DNA of 64,000 nt, from positions 3,705-67,704 of the forward strand of contig JAZNMK010000009.1 in assembly GCA_045579585.1 (NCBI GenBank), read 5' to 3'. The position numbers were made by a program, and so were the translations under genes. Origin of the DNA: Acutalibacteraceae bacterium. Its GTDB lineage: Bacteria > Bacillota > Clostridia > Oscillospirales > Acutalibacteraceae. Positions 48,201 to 53,949 of this stretch are shown here, piece after piece. The stretch's first letter is position 1, and the number at the start of each line of letters is the position of its first letter. The notes under the pieces were generated by a model. The model saw only the letters and a program-made list of their open reading frames with translations. It was not told the DNA's origin and ran no database searches.

Positions 48201-50239
48201 CTGCAAAGGAAGCTTTCATAAGAGCACTCAACTCAAATGTTGATTACATCACTGCATTCGATGCAGAAAGCCAGAATTCGGCATCAACCAAGTATATTCC
48301 GTTCGGTGCAGGTGAGAACTACAATCAGCATCTCGCATTCATCGACAACGGCACACTCCTGTTTGCTCACGTTGCAGACCGTTTTGGTAACGTATGTAAC
48401 AGAATCATCGAGGTTAAGAATTACGATCAGCTCGCTCCTGAACTCACAGCAGAGGGCACAGGTGCTGTTGCAGTTACAGAGCCCGGCGGTTCAGGCGTAG
48501 CAAAGGTTGACCTGTTCGAGTATATGGGTACTCAGGGTAGCTCGCTCTACATTGATTATCTGTTTGCTAACCTCCACGTTAAGGATTTCACATACGTATC
48601 GCAGGATAACACCTTCACAATCAAGGCAGGCGCTGCAAGCGCAGGCAAGCTCTTTACGGTTGCTGTTACAGATAAGGCAGGCAATGTCGGTTCTGTACCG
48701 GTATACGCTGATGAGAACGGTGATATCGTTGTTACGGTAGTTGAAACATTCGATAACGTTGTTAAGTATGCAGCTGATGATACTAATATCGACGTCAACA
48801 CAGGTGAAGATCTTGATATCATTGAGTTTACGTTCAACAGCAACGAGAGAATTATCCTCAACTACGTTGAACCTTCATCAATCATTAAGGCAGGTCCCGA
48901 CGGTAACGTCTTTGCAGACAAGAAGAACGTACCGCTCAATATCACAACCAAGTCTGAGGTCGAAGCTGTTAAGCTTTACAATGTTGGCACAGGCACAGAG
49001 GAAATCTGGACTGTTGATAATGCAACCGTTAAAGACAACGGCGACGGCACAAAGACATGGACAGTTAAGTATAAGTTCACAGAGGGTGAACACAACTATA
49101 TCGCAACCGCAAAGGTAAACGGCGACTGGGAGACATTCGGTGTTGACTTCAGCTTCACAGCTACAACAAAGAGCATCACAGTCAAGCTTATGGTTTCCGG
49201 TATAGGTAAGATCAGATTCGGTTACAACGAAGGCAACTACTCCAACGTTCCTGTTATGTCTCAGAAGACTGTTCCCTATGGTTCAGTTGTTACTCTTGAG
49301 GCTACTCAGACTGAGGAAGGCTCTGACTTCTACTACTGGATCAATAACAGCTCCAACAGAATCATCAGTGCAGCAACGACTTATGAATTCACAGCTGTTA
49401 CAAATATGGATCTTACAACTCAGTTCACTACTAACGAATGCTTCACAAACGATAAGAGACTTGTAGTTTATGTAAATAACGCTGAAAACGTTGTCGAAAA
49501 CTTTGAGCTTGCTGAAGGCGAGGATTATATGGTTCCCGCTGCTCCTTCACTTCCTGACCATGTCTTCAAGAGCTGGAGCATGACCAAGGAAGAGATCCTT
49601 GCAAGCGATGAAATGATGATAGTCGTAAGACCCGTTTACTCACTTGTTGTTAAAAACACAGTTACCCTCACTGAGGGTAACTGGACAACAACAGGCGCAG
49701 GCGTATATGAGTCTGTTGATAACGAGAGAGCTGTTGTTACCGTAAGCGCTTCTGCTGCAGATGACGCAGGTGCAAGCTTCCTCTACTGGTTTGATGCCGA
49801 AACAGGCGATATCGCTTCATATAACAGAACTTATAGCTTCCACGCTATTAAAGATACTGAGCTTACACCCGTTTACGGTGATGCTTCAGCTGTTACTCCC
49901 GCTCCTGTTGCCAGAATTTCAACAATCAAGTATGACTCAAGCTCAAAGAAGGTTAACTTCTATGCAGAACGTTCGATTCCTGCCGATTATGATCTTATCC
50001 AGACCGGCGTTATCGTAACAAAGACAGCTTCTGTCGGCAATGATGCACAGGCATTCATCCTCGATGCAGCAGGTGTTGGCAAGGGCGTGTCAAAGAGCAC
50101 TGCAGCTAACGGTTTCTATACAGGTGCTGTTGCAGCAACTGCAGGTACAACCGTTTATGCAAGAGCATATGTCATTTACATGAACGCAGACGGTGATATA
50201 ATCACCTCCTACAGCCCGATCTCTTCATACACTGTATAA
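36287..50239 (+). CDS. giant secreted multidomain protein (4650 aa): signal peptide, metallophosphoesterase domain, FIVAR-like helical modules, Ig/InlB-B-repeat-like C-terminal modules
   Basis: Uninterrupted 13,953-nt ORF. ATG 36287 follows AGGAGG (36271-36276) and gives the signal peptide MRITKKIISLLLVVSMMASFFAMTGFVASA/S. MPP motifs: LPDIQ, LLTGDQTQGG, MPGNHEYD, FGHDHNN. Recurrent W..Y.....A......Q.D.D.....L modules. No LPXTG, SLH or choline-binding anchor seen. Confidence 0.9.
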   Translation: MRITKKIISLLLVVSMMASFFAMTGFVASASLQNQQVTDFGIHFDDTTRKLKVLQLPDIQTSVSGGSITERTRETIRLLMQRYNPDVILLTGDQTQGGSSSTKSQWESAINRVYNTFSPYMKSTCKVIAMPGNHEYDFGSLNHQWEYQMDRYAYFVDWDNNFSTIDLDGAPGAGNVTVSASSTNKAVALNFAIFNSKGDDDEGYLRPGGDNETAYQQIVNWYTNMNNTLAGSQYSYKAQKTGAASAYVPTFAAQHVILQEIYTTGAIIAGDASNGVPAIEKYSSLNQGKAYLRLDPDNNPGGAMNEAPCPSTLGAGSTAALYNALLTPGNLLGMTFGHDHNNYFDVVDDNGFHFYMGGALTQENYNDDQNPKGRYFEFTLNDTTGDVDVTSEVRSYTQLSVTSSADVTSDRVEVINGDGAQLVNTLSVPKTVYIGAAENLADVRAKQEFGNVVQTQLLDYKTKTPYDQDLSVNYCLPADATDIVFSAHRTIGNAQATLTNLGTETTSEGVLYKYAIKGESVLTAGEYINYSVRYKYNGVQYEIRNSTVVENIKQPAGYNDWFRGFRESNNSKHYVDLAYIATLSGPGAYSVSRETSQNSGEFNSNTYFNYSLMIADVDQSWYNKAGDTRFSMFRFSPSRREVTEGLVSQRAIYAPPRTDIYLDASAMPKVSATDTRLDTGVSIDFWIQKDLDRGFSETIAGIGFYPGDQDFNPSGATIDWDRNVRYSSYNAAVTAENNSTGSGGTIDEAKIFFYETFAHEESLYGLGTTHVNGNYLPDNKLGNMAGQYKGYPLVVDSKDAVLALNGKDMTMFTGVRNKGSSDGGYRILLYAVAPYYLNFHTYDKGALRELTMAELMNPRKQSDYPNATQQMWDAYMSAYQNALTCYVQNQTTQTDVDNFNTALNSAIAALLNSNKGKPDESNLLKGTSQFESIDIPPIIYVSSDSKIQTAAPYTDRVIKFDVPSGATNVSCVVVNAGNDNVNSAVTLSPASGNGNSTHYEYTVSDGTVSAGGSIYYKLSYTLPQDLNKDGKNDTYTQYAASYVKGVPNTEGVWINQTRRSRSVLSRDTRVSARVTLSMDSNIFSSRGVSGIMALYGGVQGTSFHTTVVNGSTNDYTRHSGSAVNWAVGTNEWKGDGNGSGYTAAGRVLFYNRRGHVKFNSGQPYFNGLYNYSTDSTINTGGNNSDEYVVAHLYFDPQATGASVAPRFKLSITTHNAGESDTPTIYKYWDANAYSGVNYSGDYVSKSPNVSSSGMFTQSATGSNSSWASDGTISLGDNAVYETYLNTNKSLSGFTNSATYSRLIIHAEKKDSNEYNNALMGFGFVINRVDRSQAHQAIKWATGQELVEPSALFNEDEMDPEWWSQWRGEIMKAYTKCGNLWETTDFDTSLLINLWQNPVYKDADYSQLVSTLKDIAGDAVENESIPDFDAITFAISQFDDQRYQGQRYARDMFVNNATDLINVIKNRTTVYGEVDSNGIAASDSAGNLHDSHLDVRFQKYIDDYATDLQEAWERLRLAPADYTAFNKYANYYNETDDTILFMRDEYAGYNNDGTAKNYANEKALASGVYTYTTYIAFKNSLNIDPTLKKPSETAVIGSLPRLYPQTFTYKNVALPDVPDTTVCLYNTARDAYEALEFRRAGEYYSADGSYTEGGITYYADYNKQDRGANYVYTPVFRTSYNSLTADIKDAGFVVTDNKVKVTYNNGNNGDIDGDGQPDANEIWVLKGDRSPLKPINPWTDASWGGASYGFSDAYKEHILNETSTYKSTNESSKWVLALFVEAEILTDIATVDYYYDKLVPSSYDLGQYNYQKDEVFAPYELGGGSYNAAMALLANNGYVPCDAQGNPITGGAVWYEAASWSEYQASKEILPNIIDGATLKENQDAINYATGVIYQKREELQHKLITEFMVKDSEGNIKTFDSILADLNAKRAEIQGVQVDVFGLRGNEDNVVTPKTYADATQNGATQGPLFVKHNYYNDDYIDNLIGKITVVNSFADKDAEGKDKTLAGYLEQYLTAVNDFTKLYNDRANPAYVNKANTYYLEILLNKDWIPPYDKYGTENAKPTGGWFLGEEFDGSSWYTEESWEEYVTARNNAVSFFGEPGATQGATAFDGYKVFTGTYYGTASQPVLGQYTVLNQGAKFNIDLDPASPTYGKPIAVDGSDLTGSVNKATYDLVVAYYKLTFKKVSDFDGTIEGVPGTGYNGIITELNGLISEKENAKVDVVILNANGELEIVQRSIYGDEAIAAVKDLAAKIAALANEDLGPKYLEYVEKVNACKKAIDELKEVPVYLDGWNAIFAHLNENAGDVATISESGNMTAYFNAVYDGFNPDGIYAEGGTQSINNIFTMKAFADSMSPTAKSAQAQYNGFVTNLYNELNALALTPKQVTSAAQAAMVKLSQASQPAYDPIQLNGRAKVQGISKFSPASVTAATNLVTTVNSTKVTLWDTKPAVTGYNNGAGVIVDGSLADEIWAAVGLANASGTKDYNGADRDNRYLLVEGGQFVDALNDAIAYAKDELYEADGVTVKQFEVVTGEGEIISAPVFTDESVTDLVNALAAAVVTDTTTQAQIDQWVFDILENTDIDNKIPLLAEDGTFYGTLNNTAEDEGLKYKPADYTYLDKELGTAFTSESEGAQAIIDMIWLDNGDGTYTLDPQYGNTNGAKYFTSETWTPYYTNYSNALNTNIVPRDLTANDQDKINAYTTGIYTTRNELKWNGVEESVWTQIDNVGNKIGKLESQTFTVFTFTNSEVQILEDGTRVLTAPTIGEKSVSAYGDVSHILSLWATFNANYLKSQLDITKQAEMLEKLQEINDIYNSLETKRFDTDENNEFTEGVRNLVDSFIAGTYTFNGFSSSDGIGTYVPDYQAVAQGTNVNAYEQRVRDEQRIFIQSKLNALYTIIGSGMEAGDVYLDNASGDRYDTAMDAVNTIATELYEYLTTTPAQYAGFGLDMRQGMYDYLSTEIVVAVDYRFAATKPLYTKSVPMFTPEALSGVKEVLDGTGEDGNFGEFGNVDNWPMISQLDSSVGIELTENTAVEQLTFQRPIGYDEETGETSYEEVYVNSGILSFVNGYSYIYGDVHGAVNGHDTVALDWLVNTAVVYDDTDVYFLADTNGPVDINGDGVLFHYTMDAGVNRDGEWYNEGYGTDLNQDGTRYYLASDPENRVTGSEYGGWFTNATYEAVMQQKDDSAAYIDYAGYTFGGGPVAIPVREQIENEPTEYGVCWNAENRNAYINAIQQDQSDVDGAAADLYEKLCLLELLPATDAYRYVAGLIYDALGLVPLYEDDDITGIIIEDGDGELVEHKDDEGNKLGGYLYNLSLMDDLTSYTPVYDEEGNYVIGCYSQQLPDSYYDAKNGKSGADAVYAIRDLLREKISDGVVTIDQADALVLADENSVKSEILTALKGLGLGKADLSLITSLVAAFLFNSPGNENALGSYDINDKGIGKQFFDTHFTLGKGGNAAVYIDDPLMKLATDKYHASGFYDYTNYTDDSILPIIQFLENKDIVSDKVSAQAYDYVAMGFNIVFNPEIDSTVCGSLYDTPATQQDMIDGIYRELVTLINALELDKAYTVDLIKQIDAADGIMLNEDIYDHEAVDTGGNNIWNEFVEARKNAENYKNATVINEYQVGQAKERLEVAIRALVLYVDTFAPIVTIHNTQTDLSKFYAEHATELSNTIHSASQMVTASYMEPGLGGYTLYVYTNQLNPHIVVSLKDTTSVLNGDGSARTVTASKPEKLSVSAQAMNGVSANVITPVLDATTGRPLSSVSTKLTGATTVSAQTAKNAEGTYDADSSAYIILNPQFSDADGTQQAAAYTIGATDSAVTKDAATNEITEKANGVESFNYANNPELIETTSKGKITVFVYYMNSMPADGSDDGFAADGSVNGSAILTYAENDGLAADEWNSRYGLLRKFNGSVKNWEFSDINKDLNEGAVYVDPTFGENNFGSFIYKLDPTATKGLDYDIAKIYFEQGADAAKEAFIRALNSNVDYITAFDAESQNSASTKYIPFGAGENYNQHLAFIDNGTLLFAHVADRFGNVCNRIIEVKNYDQLAPELTAEGTGAVAVTEPGGSGVAKVDLFEYMGTQGSSLYIDYLFANLHVKDFTYVSQDNTFTIKAGAASAGKLFTVAVTDKAGNVGSVPVYADENGDIVVTVVETFDNVVKYAADDTNIDVNTGEDLDIIEFTFNSNERIILNYVEPSSIIKAGPDGNVFADKKNVPLNITTKSEVEAVKLYNVGTGTEEIWTVDNATVKDNGDGTKTWTVKYKFTEGEHNYIATAKVNGDWETFGVDFSFTATTKSITVKLMVSGIGKIRFGYNEGNYSNVPVMSQKTVPYGSVVTLEATQTEEGSDFYYWINNSSNRIISAATTYEFTAVTNMDLTTQFTTNECFTNDKRLVVYVNNAENVVENFELAEGEDYMVPAAPSLPDHVFKSWSMTKEEILASDEMMIVVRPVYSLVVKNTVTLTEGNWTTTGAGVYESVDNERAVVTVSASAADDAGASFLYWFDAETGDIASYNRTYSFHAIKDTELTPVYGDASAVTPAPVARISTIKYDSSSKKVNFYAERSIPADYDLIQTGVIVTKTASVGNDAQAFILDAAGVGKGVSKSTAANGFYTGAVAATAGTTVYARAYVIYMNADGDIITSYSPISSYTV

Positions 50240-50263
50240 GCGATAAGGCATAAAACAAAAAAA

Positions 50264-50292
50264 CAGCTCACCCGAAAGGGTGGGCTGTTTTT
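50264..50292 (+). terminator. intrinsic terminator of the giant gene
   Basis: CAGCTCACCC / GGGTGGGCTG stem with a GAAA loop (50264-50287), followed by TTTTT. Confidence 0.8.
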
Positions 50293-50309
50293 GAGAGAGG
50301 AGAATTTCT

Positions 50310-51971
50310 TTGTACGAATTATCATTCTGGGTTAAAATGTTTTACGGTTTTTTCAGGTGGCTTATTTCGTTAATTCTCGGTATTTCTATCGCAACTCCCT
50401 TGCCGGCTTACAATATTGAAGAGCCTGTGGGCGACGTAATGGAAGTTACCGTTATGAGCTTCAACGTTTATATTGCAGGTGCAGGCAAGCAGTCACCGAA
50501 AAACAGAGCCCCCCTTGTTGTTAAAACAATCCGCGGTGAAATGCCCGATTCGTTCGGCCTTCAGGAGGCAGATAAGGCATGGGTTGACCGTATCAGTGAA
50601 GCTATGCCTGAGTACGCCTGGGTAGGCGTCGGCAGGGATGACGGCGCTGAGGGTGGCGAGTTTTCACCCGTATTCTACCTTAAGGATAAATACACTCTTG
50701 TTGACAACGGCACCTTCTGGCTTTCCGAAACACCTGACGTGCCCTCAAAAGGCTGGGATGCTATGTATAAGCGCATCTGCACCTGGGCAATTCTTGAGGA
50801 TAAGGTGAGCGGTGAGCAGTATGCCCACTTCAATGCACATATGGATCATCTCGGCGCCGAGTCACGTGCAAACAGTGCAAAGCTTATAGCGGAAAAAACT
50901 GCCGCACTCAATATTCCTGTTGTTGTAACGGGCGATTTCAATACGGACGAGGGTACTGCACCCTATAACACAATGGTTGCAAACGGATTTATGGATACCA
51001 AGTATGCCGCTGACGATACAATGTCTATGGGCACTTACCATAATTTCGGTATAAATAACGTTACCAAGAAGGGTGCATCTCCTATAGACTTTATTTTCAC
51101 AACCTACGGTTATACGAAGGTAGACAGTTATAAGGTGCTTGGTGATAAGGTGGACGGTCAGTATTCCTCCGACCATTATCCCGTTGTTGCAAAGCTCAGA
51201 TTCAGCAAGGAGCCTGTTGGCGAAGCAGGGCTGAGAATTATGTCTTTCAATCTTCGTTTCAAAGAGCCTCTTAAGCGCCTTCAGGATTTGACAGACGTTA
51301 TCGCTGATGCACATCCCGATATAATCGGCACTCAAGAGGGTACACCCGATTGGATGCATATACTCACAACTGAGTACGCAGGTATATACGGCTACATAGG
51401 TGTTGGCAGAGATGACGGCAAAAACGAAGGTGAGCATTCGGCAATCTTCTACCGCCTTGATAAATATAGTGTAATTGACAGCGGTACTTTCTGGCTTTCA
51501 ACTACTCCCGACGTGCCTTCGCTCGATTGGGATTCGGCATGTAACCGTATTTGTACGTGGGCTGTTTTTGAGTGTAAGGCGGATGGCAAGCAGTTCGCGG
51601 TGCTCAACACTCACCTCGACCACGTAAGCTCACTTGCTCGTGTTAACCAGGTTAAACTTGTAAAAGAGAAGGCGGACAGCTTTGATATTCCCGTTGTTAT
51701 CACGGGCGACTTCAATGCTACCGAAGAAGATCCGGCAATCACAACACTGACGCAGAGTGGATATACGGATAGTCGCTATGCTGCTCCGATTACTGATGAT
51801 TCGGGCACCTACAACGGCTATGAAAAGGGCCGTGACGATTATGAGCGCATCGATTATATCTTCTTCAACTCAGGCTTTGAGGTAACAAAGTACGATGTTG
51901 TTGACGGTATCTTTGCCTCTGACCATTTTGCTATCTATTCTGACCTTCTGTTCCAGGGGGAAGTTAATTGA
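50310..51971 (+). CDS. tandem-domain endonuclease/exonuclease/phosphatase (EEP) family protein with an N-terminal membrane anchor/signal
   Basis: Two homologous halves (about nt 50472-51210 and 51231-51954). Each has SFN, Q/LQE, GRDDG..GE, TFWLS.TPDVPS, H.DH, TGDFN and SDH(Y/F) motifs. TTG start lies 7 nt after GAGGAG. Confidence 0.85.
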   Translation: MYELSFWVKMFYGFFRWLISLILGISIATPLPAYNIEEPVGDVMEVTVMSFNVYIAGAGKQSPKNRAPLVVKTIRGEMPDSFGLQEADKAWVDRISEAMPEYAWVGVGRDDGAEGGEFSPVFYLKDKYTLVDNGTFWLSETPDVPSKGWDAMYKRICTWAILEDKVSGEQYAHFNAHMDHLGAESRANSAKLIAEKTAALNIPVVVTGDFNTDEGTAPYNTMVANGFMDTKYAADDTMSMGTYHNFGINNVTKKGASPIDFIFTTYGYTKVDSYKVLGDKVDGQYSSDHYPVVAKLRFSKEPVGEAGLRIMSFNLRFKEPLKRLQDLTDVIADAHPDIIGTQEGTPDWMHILTTEYAGIYGYIGVGRDDGKNEGEHSAIFYRLDKYSVIDSGTFWLSTTPDVPSLDWDSACNRICTWAVFECKADGKQFAVLNTHLDHVSSLARVNQVKLVKEKADSFDIPVVITGDFNATEEDPAITTLTQSGYTDSRYAAPITDDSGTYNGYEKGRDDYERIDYIFFNSGFEVTKYDVVDGIFASDHFAIYSDLLFQGEVN

Positions 51972-52525
51972 GTAATCTGATTTTAGCTTCAGCTTCACCC
52001 AGGCGAAAGGAGTTGCTTTCGCTGGCGGGTTTTAGTTTTGACGTGATCACGGCTGACGTGGATGAGGTGCTTGATGCTTCACTTGCGCCGTCGCAGCTCG
52101 TTATGTCGCTGGCTTATCAGAAAGCTTTTGTTGTTGCCGCAGGGCATAGGCAGAGCACTGTAATCGGTGCTGATACCGTGGTTGTGCTTGACGGCAAGGT
52201 GCTCGGCAAGCCGCACAGCGACGGTGAGGCAAAAGAGATGCTGCGCAGCCTTTCCGGCAGAACTCACGAGGTGTATACCGGTGTCAGTCTGATAAAGGGC
52301 GATAAAGTGCACAGCTTTTTTGAGTGCACCAAAGTCAGTTTCTGGCCGCTTGAAGATAAACTGATTGACAGCTACGTTGCAAGCGGTGATTGCAATGACA
52401 AGGCAGGTGCGTATGGCATCCAGGGCAAGGGATGCGTGCTCGTCAAGGGTATTGAGGGCGATTACTTCAATGTTGTCGGTTTCCCCGTTGCTCGCTTCTG
52501 CCGCGAAATTGAAGCTTTTGCTTGA
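51968..52525 (+). CDS. maf: Maf-like nucleoside triphosphate pyrophosphatase
   Basis: LILASASPRRKELL N-terminus, GADTVV and KAGAYGIQG motifs. TTG start overlaps the EEP stop codon. Confidence 0.88.
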   Translation: MSNLILASASPRRKELLSLAGFSFDVITADVDEVLDASLAPSQLVMSLAYQKAFVVAAGHRQSTVIGADTVVVLDGKVLGKPHSDGEAKEMLRSLSGRTHEVYTGVSLIKGDKVHSFFECTKVSFWPLEDKLIDSYVASGDCNDKAGAYGIQGKGCVLVKGIEGDYFNVVGFPVARFCREIEAFA

Positions 52526-52550
52526 CAAACCGCACAAAAGTATATATAAT
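52522..52550 (+). promoter_or_regulatory. consensus sigma-70 promoter upstream of zur
   Basis: TTGACA (52522-52527), 17 nt, TATAAT (52545-52550). Confidence 0.6.
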
Positions 52551-52552
52551 TC

Positions 52553-52603
52553 AATCCGTAATTTGAAATTGAGTTTCAGTTTCAGATTGCGGATTATTTT
52601 TTT
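52553..52603 (+). promoter_or_regulatory. 10-bp inverted repeat with Zur-box-like half sites plus a U7 tract (operator and/or terminator)
   Basis: AATCCGTAAT (52553-52562) and ATTGCGGATT (52586-52595) are complementary, with one G-U at the RNA level. An inner TGAAA-N5-TTTCA palindrome sits between them. Followed by A-TTTTTTT (52596-52603). Confidence 0.4.
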
Positions 52604-52615
52604 GGAGCTAACGTA

Positions 52616-53017
52616 ATGTCGGAGTATAACACAAAACAGCGTGAAATGCTGTTGCGATTTTTTAACGATAATAAGCACCGCCATTTCACAGCGGCTCAGA
52701 TTGAGCAGGAGCTTACTGCCGGCGGCGAGAAGCTCGGTAAGGCAACACTTTACCGCAGGCTTGAAAGGCTTGTGGATGATGGGTTTGTGCGTCGATTTGT
52801 TGCGGATGATGCAAGGGTGAGCTGTTACCAGTATGCAGGCGGTGATGAGTGCAAAAACCACTACCATCTCAAGTGCCTCAGGTGTGGTGATCTGCTCCAT
52901 GTTGAGTGCGATTTTCTTGATGAAATGGGCAGCCACGTACTCGAACACCACGGATTTGTTGTCGATACACAAAAAATAACTATTTGCGGAGTGTGTGAAA
53001 AATGCGCAAAGTCATAA
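52616..53017 (+). CDS. zur: Fur-family metalloregulator, probably Zur
   Basis: Winged-helix segment (ATLYRRLERLVDDGFV), HYHLKCLRCG and CGVCEKC zinc-site motifs. Immediately upstream of the Zn-type ABC transporter genes. Confidence 0.75.
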   Translation: MSEYNTKQREMLLRFFNDNKHRHFTAAQIEQELTAGGEKLGKATLYRRLERLVDDGFVRRFVADDARVSCYQYAGGDECKNHYHLKCLRCGDLLHVECDFLDEMGSHVLEHHGFVVDTQKITICGVCEKCAKS

Positions 53018-53949
53018 AATATTTGTCGCTTTTTCTGTGTGCGGTGTTGCTTTTCTGTTTTGCTGCCTGCGGTCAGGGCGATACGGATACAAACGAAAAT
53101 AGCAAAATAAGCGTTGTCTGTACACTGTTTCCGCAGTATGATTTTGTGCGTGAAATAGCAGGGGATAAGGCTGAGATAACTCTGCTGCTCACTCCCGGCA
53201 CGGACAGCCATAGCTACGATCCCAGCCCGACCGATATGGTAAAAATCAATAAGTGCGACCTGTTTATCTATACGGGCGAAACGATGGAAGCCTGGGCAGG
53301 CAACATAGTCAGCTCACTTGGTGAGAGCGTAAGAGTACTCAGTCTGCCGGAGCCGGGTCTGCTTGCCGAGCATAATAATAATTACTCGTCTCATGTTGAA
53401 GAGTCACACGACCATTCGGCTGACCCGCATATATGGACTTCTCCTGTAAATGCGATGGAGATAGTACGTCTGATCAGCACAAAGCTTTGCGAAATTGACC
53501 CCGGGAACAAATCTTTTTACAAAACAAACGAACAGATATATATTACAAAGCTGGAGACTCTTGACGGCAAATTAAGAGCTGCGGTAAACTCTGCAGAGCA
53601 CAAAACCGTTGTTATGTGCGACCGTTTTGCGATGCTTTATTTCTGCGAGGAATACGGACTTGATTACATTGCCGCCTTCGATTCCTGCACGTCGAATACC
53701 GAGCCGAGCCCTGCTGTAATTGTGAAAATTGTCAACGAAGTAAAGAACAAAAATATTCCTGCCGTTTTCTGTGCAGAGCTGTCAAACCGCAAAGTTGCAA
53801 ATACGGTTGCAGAGCAGACGGGTGTTAAAGTGCTTGAGCTCCACTCTTGCCACAATCTTTCGGCGGATGATTTTAACGCTGGCGAAACTTATTTGTCGCT
53901 TATGGAGAGAAACCTTACTAACCTCAAAATTGCATTTGGTATTGAATGA
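53002..53949 (+). CDS. znuA: metal (zinc) ABC transporter substrate-binding lipoprotein, ZnuA/AdcA-like
   Basis: Lipobox CFAAC, TroA-like fold motifs (DSHSYDPSP, DPHIW) and a His-rich loop HNNNYSSHVEESHDHSADPH. Confidence 0.82.
   Translation: MRKVIKYLSLFLCAVLLFCFAACGQGDTDTNENSKISVVCTLFPQYDFVREIAGDKAEITLLLTPGTDSHSYDPSPTDMVKINKCDLFIYTGETMEAWAGNIVSSLGESVRVLSLPEPGLLAEHNNNYSSHVEESHDHSADPHIWTSPVNAMEIVRLISTKLCEIDPGNKSFYKTNEQIYITKLETLDGKLRAAVNSAEHKTVVMCDRFAMLYFCEEYGLDYIAAFDSCTSNTEPSPAVIVKIVNEVKNKNIPAVFCAELSNRKVANTVAEQTGVKVLELHSCHNLSADDFNAGETYLSLMERNLTNLKIAFGIE

Noticed and set aside
36625-50018. Dozens of 60-196-aa ORFs in other frames and on the other strand within the giant gene
   Set aside because: They are Thr/Ser/Leu/Gln/Arg-rich out-of-frame translations caused by the gene's strong codon bias. 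None has a start context, and the main frame is unbroken for 13.9 kb.
52079-52972. 297-aa minus-strand ORF spanning maf, the intergenic promoter and zur
   Set aside because: It is antisense to two well-supported genes and crosses a promoter/terminator region. Its composition is non-coding-like.
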